From the NCBI GenBank assembly GCA_000175855.1, contig ACYB01000035.1, positions 300,001-332,000 on the forward strand: a stretch of 32,000 nt of DNA, read 5' to 3'. Below the pieces are notes generated by a model, which saw nothing but the letters and a program-made list of their open reading frames with translations, searched no databases and was not told where the DNA came from. This stretch comes from Raphidiopsis brookii D9. GTDB lineage: Bacteria > Cyanobacteriota > Cyanobacteriia > Cyanobacteriales > Nostocaceae. A program made the position numbers and the translations under genes. Shown in pieces: positions 18,370 through 29,236 of the stretch (its first letter is position 1; each line of letters begins with the position of its first letter).

Positions 18370-20604
18370 ATGGATTGGAAATCTGCTTCATCTTACTATG
18401 AAACCAGTCTGAATAATGTTTTAAACATCCAACATTATGCGATTGAGTTAGCTAAACTTCCTTTAGCCCAAGTTCCTTCCAAACTAACAGAAATACTTAT
18501 CCAAGAAGCAATACCTGCTAGTCGTCAACTTGAAAGACTCAGAAAAAGAGAATTTCGTATTGCGGTGGTGGGTTTGGAAAAAGCTGGAAAGAGTACTTTT
18601 ATTAATGCTTGGCTAGAATGTGATTTGCTCCCTACTAAAGGTGCAAGATGTACCTTTACTACTACTCAAATCTATTCTGTTAAAAGTGAATCAGAACAAA
18701 GATTGGAAGTACAAACACGTACCCAAGAACAATTTGCTCATCTTTTAGCAGAATTAGCAAGTGTTGGTGCTAAAGAAGACCTAACAACTATTAAAGAAAA
18801 TGAACTGACTCTAGAAAAAGTGAGAAGGGAAGGTAATTTGACCATTCCCTTTTCTCGACTGGAAGATATTCGAGAACAACTGATAAAGTATGTGGCCAAT
18901 GAAAAATATGCCCATGCTGTTCTAGAAGCCAGACTTTATACAAACAAACTCGCTCAAGCAGAAGGAATTGTCTTTTATGATGTTCCTGGCTCGGACTCAG
19001 GGTTGGCTAAACATGTTGATGAAGCTCGAAAAATGCTCTCGGACTGTGATGCAGTAATCGTTATCCAGCGTTTTCGCAGTATTCGAGAAGCTGAATTAGA
19101 AATTATTAAATTTACAGAAGAGGGGGATAAAAATATCACTATTGCTGATAAACTCTTTGTCTTTTTAAGTCACATTGATTCTCTGGGTAGCCCACAAGCT
19201 GTTAAAACCCATGTTCAAGAAGCAGCTCAGGACTGGTTTAGACGTGCCAGTTTACCAAAAGAGCGTATTGCTTCTGGTTCAGCAGGAGCTTATTTAGTAT
19301 TAAATAATTTCGCGGAGGAACATACCCAGTTAGAAATCGGTCAAGCTAGTAATATTCGTGATAGGTTGAGCAATTTAACGGGAATTATAGACGATGAAAT
19401 TTTGAGAACTCAAGCAACGGGAATTCCTGACATTAAACAGAAAATTTTCAATTATATTAATACTGAGCGGGTTGCCATTCTCAAAAAGCGGTGTGAAAGT
19501 TCTATTAATAAAATTGTGGACACATCACAGAAAATTCACCACCTTGTCAGTCAAAAATTTCCTGAAAGTGCAGAAGAGGCGCAACGCTTAGAGGGGGAAA
19601 GAAAACGAATTACTTTTACCGAATGGTGGTATGGTAAATGGGAACAAGTTAAAGCTGATTTACAAAGGTTTTATGAATCATCGGTGATGAATAATCTCTA
19701 TGAAAACCTTGATACTACTTACGGTAGTGTTAAAAAGTTTAGAGAGCGTTATCTGGAGTTAGTAGAAATAGAAATGGAGGAATTAAGACAGGAAACTTTG
19801 AGAAAAAAGGAAATTATCTTTGATGCTAACTCTTTTCCTGACTTTGATAAGTTCAAAGCTAATTTTGCCTGGCGAGATGATTTATATGCAGATATTATAA
19901 TTGTTGTTGATAATTTAGCCCGACAATTGGCTCTAGAATTACAAGATGAAGCCTTGAAATTAGTTAACTATATGACTAGTTTATTGTGGGGAAGTTCACA
20001 AATTAAGGAAAGGCTAATTGGCAAATTAGAAAACGAATTTTTAATGCGGTTAGAAAATGGTTTAAGTGTCTTATTTTTGAGATTTGCTCGTCCAGTTGCT
20101 GAAGCTTTAATTCGCGGTCCGGTTAACAGTGACACTCGTACGCAAATTGTTAAATCACTTGGATCTGATATGGAATTAATTGATAATTACTATAAGGGGG
20201 AGGAACCCGCATTTAAGGTTTTAAAAAAATATGTCAAGTATGGACCCGATCTACTGTTTAACTCCAATCTTCGTGAACAAATACTAGGTGTTACAGGGAT
20301 AGCTAAGGAAGTTATTGGTATGGCCATACACAAAGAAATGAACTCTGAGGAATTAATTTCCCCCAGGGAGGTTGTGACTTTGGAAGTGATTAATGACATT
20401 AATGCTTTTCAGGAATACTTACGGAACGGTATTTTTGAAGCAGCGGGTTTTCAATCCTACTATACTCAAGAATTAAAAAGATTGGTGGATCTTTTTCGAG
20501 ACAAAGAAGGGACATGGACGGGAGTTGCTTTTAATGAGTGGTTAGAAGAAAATCCCCGACTTTTAGCGGAATTACCACCCAATTTGAAGTCACAGGAGTT
20601 TTAG
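18370..20604 (+). CDS. Dynamin-like GTPase B
   Basis: RIAVVGLEKAGKSTFINAWLECDLLPTKGARCTFTTT (G1 and G2), GIVFYDVPGSDSGLAKH (G3), about 744 aa with a long helical C-terminal part. Confidence 0.85.
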   Translation: MDWKSASSYYETSLNNVLNIQHYAIELAKLPLAQVPSKLTEILIQEAIPASRQLERLRKREFRIAVVGLEKAGKSTFINAWLECDLLPTKGARCTFTTTQIYSVKSESEQRLEVQTRTQEQFAHLLAELASVGAKEDLTTIKENELTLEKVRREGNLTIPFSRLEDIREQLIKYVANEKYAHAVLEARLYTNKLAQAEGIVFYDVPGSDSGLAKHVDEARKMLSDCDAVIVIQRFRSIREAELEIIKFTEEGDKNITIADKLFVFLSHIDSLGSPQAVKTHVQEAAQDWFRRASLPKERIASGSAGAYLVLNNFAEEHTQLEIGQASNIRDRLSNLTGIIDDEILRTQATGIPDIKQKIFNYINTERVAILKKRCESSINKIVDTSQKIHHLVSQKFPESAEEAQRLEGERKRITFTEWWYGKWEQVKADLQRFYESSVMNNLYENLDTTYGSVKKFRERYLELVEIEMEELRQETLRKKEIIFDANSFPDFDKFKANFAWRDDLYADIIIVVDNLARQLALELQDEALKLVNYMTSLLWGSSQIKERLIGKLENEFLMRLENGLSVLFLRFARPVAEALIRGPVNSDTRTQIVKSLGSDMELIDNYYKGEEPAFKVLKKYVKYGPDLLFNSNLREQILGVTGIAKEVIGMAIHKEMNSEELISPREVVTLEVINDINAFQEYLRNGIFEAAGFQSYYTQELKRLVDLFRDKEGTWTGVAFNEWLEENPRLLAELPPNLKSQEF

Positions 20605-20816
20605 TTTGGAAGTCAGTGAACGTCTACGACAATTATCAATTGCTTTAAAGAGAACTGGGGATTAAATGGTCGATCGTTACCCCATACTTAAGTATGAACA
20701 GTGTGATTTAAAATATGCTATGCGATCTCCCGGGCGCGAGTCCAGTGCAAGTGCTTCACAAACGCACTTCCCTGAGTGTTTGCTTTACTAATGATCAGGT
20801 GATTGATCCCCCCAAT

Positions 20817-20831
20817 CCCCTTAAAAAGGGG
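20817..20831. repeat. Short perfect inverted repeat CCCCTT-AAA-AAGGGG (possible terminator after the dynamin-like operon, or a member of a dispersed cyanobacterial repeat)
   Basis: Direct reading of aatccccttaaaaaggggg, followed about 8 nt later by a T-rich stretch. Confidence 0.5.
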
Positions 20832-21140
20832 GCTAATACTTTTTATTTAGTTTATGATGAGTTAGAGCTGCTTGTACTGTAATTGATGGACTAAATCCTA
20901 GTGGAGAAAGAAAAAACCATAGTACAGAACCTACTAAATTTAACAGCCGTTAATGGGCGATCTCGCGTAGCGAGTACTTTGTAAACGCGCATATCCGTAG
21001 AAAAGATAGCATTATTATCTTACCCACATTAGACCCATTTTTTGGAGATGGAAGCTCAAACTTTAGGTGAGTTTTTACATATTACAGCAAGTATAGCTAT
21101 AACCATTAACGCTGTCGTAAGCGTTCTAGATAAATCCATA

Positions 21141-21401
21141 TTATAAACGGCTTTTTACTACTTTTGCTGGAACACCTAAAGCTACGGAATAGGGAGGAAT
21201 ATTTTTAGTTACAACTGCTCCCGCACCAATAACACTTCCCTTACCAATAGTAACCCCATCTAGTACGGTTACTCCGTGTCCCAACCAACAATCATCTTCA
21301 ATTACAATCCCCTGACAACTGACACCTTGCTTTTTGATGGGTAATGAACGTTCTGCAAAATTATGATTGTTAGCAAAAATACCACATTGGGCTGCTATCA
21401 T
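21141..21401 (-). pseudogene. Left-handed beta-helix (hexapeptide) acyltransferase, 5'-truncated remnant
   Basis: CGIFANNHNF...GIVIEDDCWLGHGVTVLDGVTIGKGSVIGAGAVVTKNIPPYSVALGVPAKVV is the C-terminal half of a CysE/LacA/NodL-type acetyltransferase. In-frame stop TAA lies five codons upstream of the ATG, with no N-terminal half. Confidence 0.7.
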
Positions 21402-22247
21402 ACATTCCCTAATAATTTACGGAGGTGAGTTAGGAATCAAGACCAGACATAACACTTTCAATGATGCTCTAGTTTTTATCAATTCTGACTGATCTCCACT
21501 AAATCACGAGATTATCGAGATTATATTTTTTATAAAACTTAGATAAAACTTAGGGTGGATTGTCACCTACTTCGGCCATAATGTTAAACTTGGCCATTGG
21601 TGCAAACAGGTAAGCACTTCCTCGACAGCTATGTCGTCTGTCTGGTAACAAATTTGTAGTGTATACTGCTTTAGTCATGCTGCACACAATCATCTATAGG
21701 CTAAAAGAACTGTTCCTGAACTAAATATTCTAAAAATGTAACCTACGCCCCATCATAACACATTTTTTTGGGTTGGACAGTTGCTTGGCAAAAATCCGTT
21801 AATCTACTTAAGATTGTATCTGTAATCTTTATTGCTTAATTTTTCATACTTTTGCATGGGCTTAAAATATAAAAAATATCATAAAAGTGATTGGTCAAAA
21901 ACGGCCTTTTTTAAAGGGTGGGAAATATGCAAGATAAGAAAAAATTGCTTGCAGCAGCGGTTATACTATAGCTAAAAATCTTAAGTAAGTGTATACATAC
22001 AACCCTAAGAGATTTTGTCGTGTTGTTGAGAGTTGACCAAATCTAAAACAATCCTTAAATTTAGTAAAATAATCAACAGTTAAGCATAGACGAAAAAACT
22101 ATTTTGGTGTAAATTAAGCCAATGTGCGAGAAAATAAATAGTTGGGTAAAGTGATCAGAGGTTCACAAACCACACTCTCAAGAAGCAATATTTAAGGTAA
22201 AACCAGTAAACAATTAACCATAGTTGAATTTAAATTCCTACCAGATT

Positions 22248-24812
22248 ATGCAACCAATACGCAAATTTAATGTTTCTCCCTCACTACCTCAACTGCTAGA
22301 ACCATTGAGAAAACTGGCATACAATCTCCATTTCGATTGGAATGTGGAGACTAAAGACCTGTTTCGTCGCTTAGACCCAGATCTGTGGGAATCTAGTCAT
22401 CATAATCCCGTTTTAATGCTAGGTACCATTAGTCAGGGGAGATTATTAGAAGTAGCCGAAGATGAAGGTTTTCTGGCGCAAATGGACCGTGCAGCTCGCC
22501 AATTGGAAGATTATTTACAGGAGCGCAGCTGGTATCAAAAACAACGTAATCAACCACTCAAGGAGTGCTACGCCTATTTTTCGGCGGAGTTTGGACTGGT
22601 GGATTGTTTACCTGTCTATTCGGGAGGTTTGGGTGTTTTGGCTGGGGATCACTTAAAATCTGCCAGTGATTTGGGATTACCCTTGGTTGGTGTGGGTCTG
22701 CTTTACCAACAAGGCTATTTTGCCCAATATCTCAATGCTGATGGTTGGCAACAGGAGCGTTACCCCATCAATGATTTTTATAATATGCCTTTGCATTTGG
22801 AACGTAATCCAGACGGTTCTGAGTTAAGAATCGCTGTGGAATATCCAGGACGCAAGGTATATGCTCGAGTGTGGCGAGTCCAGGTGGGAACAGTCCCTCT
22901 CTATATGTTGGACACGAATATTGAACCCAATAAAGCTTATGACCACGATATCACTGACCAGTTATATGGTGGTGATGTTGATATGCGTATTCATCAGGAA
23001 ATGATGCTGGGGATCGGTGGCGTGCAAATGTTGAAGGCACTGGGTTATAACGTTACCGCTTATCACATGAATGAGGGTCATGCTGCTTTCTCTGCTTTGG
23101 AAAGAATTCGTATCCTGATCCAGGAAGAAGGTCTAAGTTATGCCCAGGCTAAACAGGTGGTAGCCTCTAGTAATATTTTTACTACCCACACCCCCGTACC
23201 AGCAGGAATTGACTTGTTTGCACCTGATAAAATTTTACACTATCTGGGTTACTACGCTGATATTTTTGGTTTGCCTAAAGAGCAGTTTTTGGGACTGGGT
23301 AGAGAAAACACTGGTGATTTGTCAGGTCCCTTTAGTATGGCAGTTTTGGCCCTGAAAATGGCCACATTTTCTAATGGGGTGGCTCAGTTACATGGTGTGG
23401 TCTCCCGGCAAATGTTTCAGGGTTTGTGGCAAAAAGTACCTGTAGACGAAGTACCAATCACAGCTATTACTAATGGAGTTCATGCCCGCAGTTGTGTATC
23501 CAAGTCAACTCAGGAGTTATATGACCGCTACCTGGGACCTAATTGGTCATCAGCTCCCCCAGATAATCAAATCTGGGAACGGATGGATTCTATTCCTGAT
23601 GAAGAACTATGGCGCAACCACGAGCGATGTCGTCTGGATATGATTTTGTATGTGCGGGAACATTTGGTTAAACATTTACGAGATCGGGGAGCATCAGCTT
23701 CAGAAATTGCCCAGGCACAAGAAGTTCTCGACCCTAATGTTTTAACCATTGGTTTTGCTCGTCGCTTTGCTACCTATAAGCGTGCAACTTTATGGATGCG
23801 CGACATAGATAGAATAAAACACATACTATTAGCTAATAAGCACCGAAAAGTGCAGTTTGTGATTGCGGGTAAGGCACACCCCAAAGATATTCCAGGGAAG
23901 GAGCTGATTCAGGATATTAATCATTTTATCCGTGAGCAGCATCTGGAAAAGCAGGTGGTGTTTGTACCTAATTACGACATTCACATTGCCAGATTAATGG
24001 TAGCTGGATGTGATGTGTGGTTAAATACGCCTCGTCGTCCCCGGGAAGCATCCGGTACTAGTGGAATGAAAGCAGCTATGAACGGACTGCCCAATCTAAG
24101 CGTGTTAGATGGGTGGTGGGATGAAGCTGATTATGTTCGTACTGGTTGGGCAATAGGACATGGAGAAAATTATGAGGATCCTAATTATCAAGACCAAATA
24201 GAAGCTAATGCTCTTTATGAGTTGCTGGAAAAAGAGGTTGTCCCCCTATTTTATGACCACCGGGATGAAGATGGGTTGCCTAGACAATGGGTAGCAAAGA
24301 TGAAGGATGCAATCCGATTGAATTGTCCTTTGTTTAATACAGCACGCATGGTGAGAGAATACGCCCTTAGGGCTTACTTCCCAGCCAGCGATCGCCATCA
24401 TACCCTAACATCAAATCACTATACACCAGCCAAGGAGTTAGCTCACTGGAAATCGGTATTAAGCGAACATTGGTTCAATATTAGAATTAAGGACGTTGAT
24501 GTATCCACAGGGACAGAAATTGGGGTAAATCAAAAGGTGGGAGTAACGGCGAAAGTTGATTTAGCCACTTTAACTAACCAGGATGTGCGGGTAGAACTAT
24601 ATCAAGGAGCCATTGATGCTAATGGTGATATTGTCAATGCTGTACCCGTAGAGATGAGTTATAATGGGCAAGATGATAGTGGTTTAAGTATTTATACTGC
24701 CGATATTACCTATACCAGTTCTGGTTTACAGGGTTTGTCTTTGCGGGTTTTGCCCCATAACCAATACCTTTCTGGTCCATACGAAACTAGGTTAATCGCC
24801 TGGGCGGAGTGA
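22248..24812 (+). CDS. glgP: Alpha-glucan (glycogen/maltodextrin) phosphorylase
   Basis: HNPVLMLGTISQGRLLEVAEDEGF...YFSAEFGLVDCLPVYSGGLGVLAGDHLKSASDLG...MNEGHAAFSALE...GTSGMKAAMNGLPNLSVLDGWWDE; typical short-form GlgP. The ORF track start at 22224 is TTG; ATG (MQPIRKF) is at 22248. Confidence 0.95.
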   Translation: MQPIRKFNVSPSLPQLLEPLRKLAYNLHFDWNVETKDLFRRLDPDLWESSHHNPVLMLGTISQGRLLEVAEDEGFLAQMDRAARQLEDYLQERSWYQKQRNQPLKECYAYFSAEFGLVDCLPVYSGGLGVLAGDHLKSASDLGLPLVGVGLLYQQGYFAQYLNADGWQQERYPINDFYNMPLHLERNPDGSELRIAVEYPGRKVYARVWRVQVGTVPLYMLDTNIEPNKAYDHDITDQLYGGDVDMRIHQEMMLGIGGVQMLKALGYNVTAYHMNEGHAAFSALERIRILIQEEGLSYAQAKQVVASSNIFTTHTPVPAGIDLFAPDKILHYLGYYADIFGLPKEQFLGLGRENTGDLSGPFSMAVLALKMATFSNGVAQLHGVVSRQMFQGLWQKVPVDEVPITAITNGVHARSCVSKSTQELYDRYLGPNWSSAPPDNQIWERMDSIPDEELWRNHERCRLDMILYVREHLVKHLRDRGASASEIAQAQEVLDPNVLTIGFARRFATYKRATLWMRDIDRIKHILLANKHRKVQFVIAGKAHPKDIPGKELIQDINHFIREQHLEKQVVFVPNYDIHIARLMVAGCDVWLNTPRRPREASGTSGMKAAMNGLPNLSVLDGWWDEADYVRTGWAIGHGENYEDPNYQDQIEANALYELLEKEVVPLFYDHRDEDGLPRQWVAKMKDAIRLNCPLFNTARMVREYALRAYFPASDRHHTLTSNHYTPAKELAHWKSVLSEHWFNIRIKDVDVSTGTEIGVNQKVGVTAKVDLATLTNQDVRVELYQGAIDANGDIVNAVPVEMSYNGQDDSGLSIYTADITYTSSGLQGLSLRVLPHNQYLSGPYETRLIAWAE

Positions 24813-24820
24813 GCCATTTA

Positions 24821-26272
24821 TTATTCAACCTTTTTTCCTTGAATCTTGGACAAAAGTTCTTCTTTAATCCGATTCAAAATAGAGGTCTCATCCAAATTGG
24901 ATAATATGCTGGTTACTACTGCTTTGGGACCTTCTGGACCCCAGGTGGCCCCATTAGCTAGGTAGGCTTTAGTTACTTGCCCAATTCCGTAAGATGATAC
25001 GCCTGCTACTCCTGCTTGAGTAATCGCTACGGATAGATAAGGGACTAAAGTTATTCCAGCTGTGGCAGTTGCGGACAAACCTAATATGGTTTTCAATCCA
25101 CTTAAACCTAGGTTTGCCAGCAACTCGCTTACTCCAATTCCACCCATGCTCAAGGCGATTTTTTGCAGCAGTTTTACAGCGCCACTCTGAGTCATTTCAA
25201 TGCCATAGAGCTTAGACAAACCTAAAATTATGGTTATGTCAATAGCTATGCTACTGACAATATCAACCACAGTAACGGGATTGAGCGCAATAGCTAAAGC
25301 TTTAATCATTACTGCTTTCCAAATCAACTGATTAGCACTTTCTTCTCTAATGACTAGCTTTCGCTTTACTATTTGTTCACTCACAGTACTAGCGTAGAGC
25401 ATGGAGTTTAAAGTTACTAATGCTTTCCCTTCTCGTTGCAAAATCTCCAGAATTTTCAGCTTTAATTCTTCTACTTGGGCCTTTCCTGCTTCTAACCTTA
25501 TAGTCCTAGCTCCATCAGCTTGAACTAGGGCGGTCTTAACTAGAGGTGAAGCAGCACACATGACTATTTCCTCAGGTGAAACTAATTCTTTAACCCTGTC
25601 ATCCCGAATTTTTTCATAAATTGCTAGGCGGTCATTTATAGGGTACTGGTCAATTTTATTGAAAACTAAAATAATCGGTTTACCTACTGTTCTTAACTGG
25701 GAAAGAGCTACCTGTTCGATCTTAGTCATATCGCCAGCAATAACAAATAAAATTAAATCGGCTTGTTTTGCTACCCTTTGTGCTAAAGCAGCACGAGTTT
25801 CTCCATCAACTTCATCTAATCCTGGTGTATCTACTAAAACTATTTGGGATTGATCTGGTGAGAGAAAAGTAGCTTTGAACGTACCCATAGCTTCTTGGGA
25901 GATAGTCCAGTTAACTTTTTGTTCCGCACGGGTAACCCCATGTAAAGGCCCAGTTTCAAATATTGGCTGACCGACCAAAGCATTTAGAAGAGAAGACTTG
26001 CCTCTTCCTACCATGCCAAAGGCTGCTATTTGTACCACCATGTCTTCTAATTTTCCCAACATGGTTTCCAAATCTGCTATTTCACTCTCTAGACCAGACA
26101 TTTCCTGGGAGGTTAGGTCAAGACGGGTTACTAAAGTTTTTAAAGCTGTTTTAGCTTGTCCATAGTTCAGTTCCGCTTGAATATTTCCAAAACTGAAAAT
26201 CGCCTCATCCAGTTCTGCGTCGGAAGAATTATTGTTTTCGGGTTGGGGTAATTTAGATGTGATATTTGTCAT
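24821..26272 (-). CDS. Era-like small GTPase with C-terminal DUF697-type hydrophobic domain
   Basis: [14 protein letters not shown] (G1), [11 protein letters not shown] (G3), LVFNKIDQ (G4), then hydrophobic [33 protein letters not shown]. Confidence 0.85.
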   Translation of the reverse strand: MTNITSKLPQPENNNSSDAELDEAIFSFGNIQAELNYGQAKTALKTLVTRLDLTSQEMSGLESEIADLETMLGKLEDMVVQIAAFGMVGRGKSSLLNALVGQPIFETGPLHGVTRAEQKVNWTISQEAMGTFKATFLSPDQSQIVLVDTPGLDEVDGETRAALAQRVAKQADLILFVIAGDMTKIEQVALSQLRTVGKPIILVFNKIDQYPINDRLAIYEKIRDDRVKELVSPEEIVMCAASPLVKTALVQADGARTIRLEAGKAQVEELKLKILEILQREGKALVTLNSMLYASTVSEQIVKRKLVIREESANQLIWKAVMIKALAIALNPVTVVDIVSSIAIDITIILGLSKLYGIEMTQSGAVKLLQKIALSMGGIGVSELLANLGLSGLKTILGLSATATAGITLVPYLSVAITQAGVAGVSSYGIGQVTKAYLANGATWGPEGPKAVVTSILSNLDETSILNRIKEELLSKIQGKKVE

Positions 26273-26359
26273 ATTATTTATTTTTGCTCCAAGGGGTCAC
26301 AAAAAGTAGTAGAGTTAGGAGTTGATCTGGTAGCGTTAGCATCTTATATAAAATCACCT

Positions 26360-27085
26360 GTGCGAAAAGTAGTTATTGCTGGTAACTGGAAAATGTTCAA
26401 AACCCAGGCGGAATCAGAGGAATTCCTGCGCGGATTTCTGCCTGAATTAGAGGAAACACCCTCTATAAGAGAGGTTGTATTGTGTCCTCCCTTTACAAAC
26501 TTAAATGTTATGTCCAAATACCTACATGGTAGTCGTGTGGGTTTGGGCGCGCAAAATGTCCACTGGGCAGAAAATGGAGCCTATACGGGTGAAATTGCCG
26601 CCCCCATGCTTTTGGAGATAGGTGTTCGCTATGTTATTATTGGGCATAGTGAAAGACGGCAATATTTTGGCGAAACCGATGAAACTGTTAACCTGCGCCT
26701 TAAAGCTGCCCAAAATTATGGGCTAACCCCAATTCTCTGTGTGGGTGAAACCAAACAACAACGAGATGCAGGGGAAACAGAAAAACTAATCTCTTATCAA
26801 TTAGAACATGACTTGGTAGATATAGACCAAACTAAACTGGTTATCGCATACGAGCCAATTTGGGCGATTGGTACGGGGGACACTTGTGAGTCCGCAGAAG
26901 CAAATCGGGTCATTGGATTAATTCGCTCTCAATTGACTAATGATAAGGTGCCAATTCAGTATGGTGGTTCTGTCAAACCCAATAATATTGATGAAATCAT
27001 GGCACAATCAGAAATAGATGGTGTTCTCGTTGGTGGCGCCAGTTTGGAACCGGACAGTTTTGCCAGAATTGTCAATTATCGATAG
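26360..27085 (+). CDS. tpiA: Triosephosphate isomerase
   Basis: [15 protein letters not shown]...[17 protein letters not shown]...[16 protein letters not shown]...[11 protein letters not shown]...[10 protein letters not shown]; start codon GTG. Confidence 0.97.
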   Translation: MRKVVIAGNWKMFKTQAESEEFLRGFLPELEETPSIREVVLCPPFTNLNVMSKYLHGSRVGLGAQNVHWAENGAYTGEIAAPMLLEIGVRYVIIGHSERRQYFGETDETVNLRLKAAQNYGLTPILCVGETKQQRDAGETEKLISYQLEHDLVDIDQTKLVIAYEPIWAIGTGDTCESAEANRVIGLIRSQLTNDKVPIQYGGSVKPNNIDEIMAQSEIDGVLVGGASLEPDSFARIVNYR

Positions 27086-27113
27086 GTAAGGGGGGTTGGG
27101 GCCAGGGTCAATT

Positions 27114-27968
27114 ATGGCAAATCAAGCAAATAAATTAGTTATTCGACAAAGCTGTTTTAACTGGGGGACAAAAACCTATTTAATGGGGATTTTAAATGTC
27201 ACCCCCGACAGTTTTAGTGATGGTGGCGAATTCAACACAATTGCTAGTGCTCTAGCTCAAGCTCGCGCCATGATAGCTGCTGGAGCTGATATTATTGACA
27301 TTGGTGGACAATCAACTAGACCAGGGGCACAACAAGTCACCCTCACGGAAGAAATGGAACGTGTACTGTCAATAATAAAGGTAATTAGACCAGAAGTGAC
27401 TATACCCATTTCCATAGACACCACTAGAGCTAGTGTGGCTCAGGCTGCTGTCCAATTAGGTGCTGATATGGTTAATGATATTTCTGGTGGAACCTATGAT
27501 CCAGAAATGTTGTCAACCGTGGCCAGTTTAGATGTGCCCATTGTGTTGATGCACATCCGAGGAACTCCCCAAACTATGCAAGAGTATACTCAGTACCAAG
27601 ATATGATGGGTGAGATTTATGATTTTTTGTCAGAGCAAATAAATACTGCAATTACCTTGGGGATCAAACGAGAAAAAATAATTATTGATCCCGGTATTGG
27701 TTTTGCCAAAAATCATCAACAAAATTTACAAATCATTCGGGAATTGTCCAGGTTAAAAAGCCTTGAAGTTCCTATTCTGGTTGGTCCATCTCGGAAAAGC
27801 TTCATCGGTCAAATTTTGAACCAACCCAATGCAAAAGATCGTGTATGGGGAACGGCCGCAGCTTGTTGTGCAGCCATTTTTCATGGTGCTGATATCCTCA
27901 GGGTTCATGATGTTAGTGCCATACGAGACGTGTCCCTTGTTGCTGATGCTATCTACAAATGTAGCTAA
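27114..27968 (+). CDS. folP: Dihydropteroate synthase
   Basis: MGILNVTPDSFSDGGEF...DIIDIGGQSTRPGAQ...VNDISGG...KIIIDPGIGFAKNHQQN; ATG at 27114 preferred over the listed TTG at 27096. Confidence 0.96.
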   Translation: MANQANKLVIRQSCFNWGTKTYLMGILNVTPDSFSDGGEFNTIASALAQARAMIAAGADIIDIGGQSTRPGAQQVTLTEEMERVLSIIKVIRPEVTIPISIDTTRASVAQAAVQLGADMVNDISGGTYDPEMLSTVASLDVPIVLMHIRGTPQTMQEYTQYQDMMGEIYDFLSEQINTAITLGIKREKIIIDPGIGFAKNHQQNLQIIRELSRLKSLEVPILVGPSRKSFIGQILNQPNAKDRVWGTAAACCAAIFHGADILRVHDVSAIRDVSLVADAIYKCS

Positions 27969-27978
27969 GTAGGATTTG

Positions 27979-28863
27979 TCACTTTTTGCCATTACCGGGT
28001 CTCTTACCCTCATCTTCTTGTCCTGGTTGAGAAATTAACTCCTCAAACATCCCTGTAGAATTAGCCGGATCTACAAAGACAATTTTGGCGTTATTGCTTT
28101 CTCCCAACTTTTGACTAGCTTGGACATAATCCTGGGCTACAAGATAGCGTAAAATATCTTTGCTTTCAGGATGGGCACGCAAGGCCTGGGAAATAATTTC
28201 CATAGATGTTCTAGTTCCCTCAGCTTTTTTGATTGCTGCTTGTCTTTCTCCCTCCGCTGCGGAAATCAGTGCCCGCTTTTTAATTTCTGCTGCACGTTCT
28301 TCTTCCATGGATTTTCTTACGCTTTCTGGTGGTGTAATTCTTTGGAAATCTAACCGCATCATTTCTACCCCCCAGGTCTGGGAGGTGAAGTTTAACTGAT
28401 CCAGTAGGGTACTGTCTATGTTTGACCTAGCCATGTTAGTTTCTTCTAGGGTATTCTGCGCCAAAATTTCTCGCACTGTGGTTACCGCTAAATTGTTAAG
28501 TGCCTCTTGTAGATCATCAACAGCATAAAAACTTTTCTCTATATCTACAATACGCCAATAAACTACCGCATCCACTTCTAGATAAATACCATCCTTGCTA
28601 ATGACATTTTGGGGACTAATATCTAAAATCTGTTCCCTATTGGTATCTTCCATAACGATTTGATCTAGTAGGGGAACTATAAAGTTAATTCCCGGTTTCA
28701 GTTTTCGATGATACCGCCCTAGACGTTCTACTAATGCTTCATTGCCTTGACTAACCAATTTTGTAGATCCAAAGGCATAGCCCATAAGGGCTAAAGCTAT
28801 AGCAATAATTGGCTCCATATATGCTCCTAAGATCTTGGAAAATTGAGTATAAAATGGCATCAT
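27979..28863 (-). CDS. SPFH/Band 7 stomatin-like membrane protein
   Basis: LVSQGNEALVERLGRYHRKLKPGINFIVPLLDQIV...VISKDGIYLEVDAVVYWRI...AEIKKRALISAAEGERQAAIKKAEG; typical stomatin/HflK-like protein. Confidence 0.9.
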   Translation of the reverse strand: MMPFYTQFSKILGAYMEPIIAIALALMGYAFGSTKLVSQGNEALVERLGRYHRKLKPGINFIVPLLDQIVMEDTNREQILDISPQNVISKDGIYLEVDAVVYWRIVDIEKSFYAVDDLQEALNNLAVTTVREILAQNTLEETNMARSNIDSTLLDQLNFTSQTWGVEMMRLDFQRITPPESVRKSMEEERAAEIKKRALISAAEGERQAAIKKAEGTRTSMEIISQALRAHPESKDILRYLVAQDYVQASQKLGESNNAKIVFVDPANSTGMFEELISQPGQEDEGKRPGNGKK

Positions 28864-29236
28864 ATCATATCGTTAACAAAAAAGTTAACCCATGTTCATT
28901 GCCAATAAGCAAGCTTTTTGAGTGACATCTCGGTAAATATTTTGCAAGTGTTTCATGATGGGTTCGCTTTGTTTAAACGGCTGCACTAAGGAACGCAATT
29001 AATTTAGGGATGCTACATCACCATATTTTTCAATGGGTATAGCAAATCGTCTTGGAAAAAATTGTTTATCACCCAAATAACCAGGATTCAGAAAATAAAG
29101 TCGCCAGATACCCCCCTAATCCCTTCCCCTTCACCTTGTATGAAACTAATATATCCAAAACCAAGTCGTCTACATTATATAAGTGTTAGGATTGCCACAG
29201 AGCGAGAATAGAGTGCATAGAAGGAAAAGAAACTGA

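Noticed and set aside
28139-28299. Possible shortening of the AEGERQAAIKKAEG repeat region of the stomatin-like protein
   Set aside because: Length variation in this coiled-coil stretch is normal in the SPFH family; I cannot show a deletion from the sequence alone.
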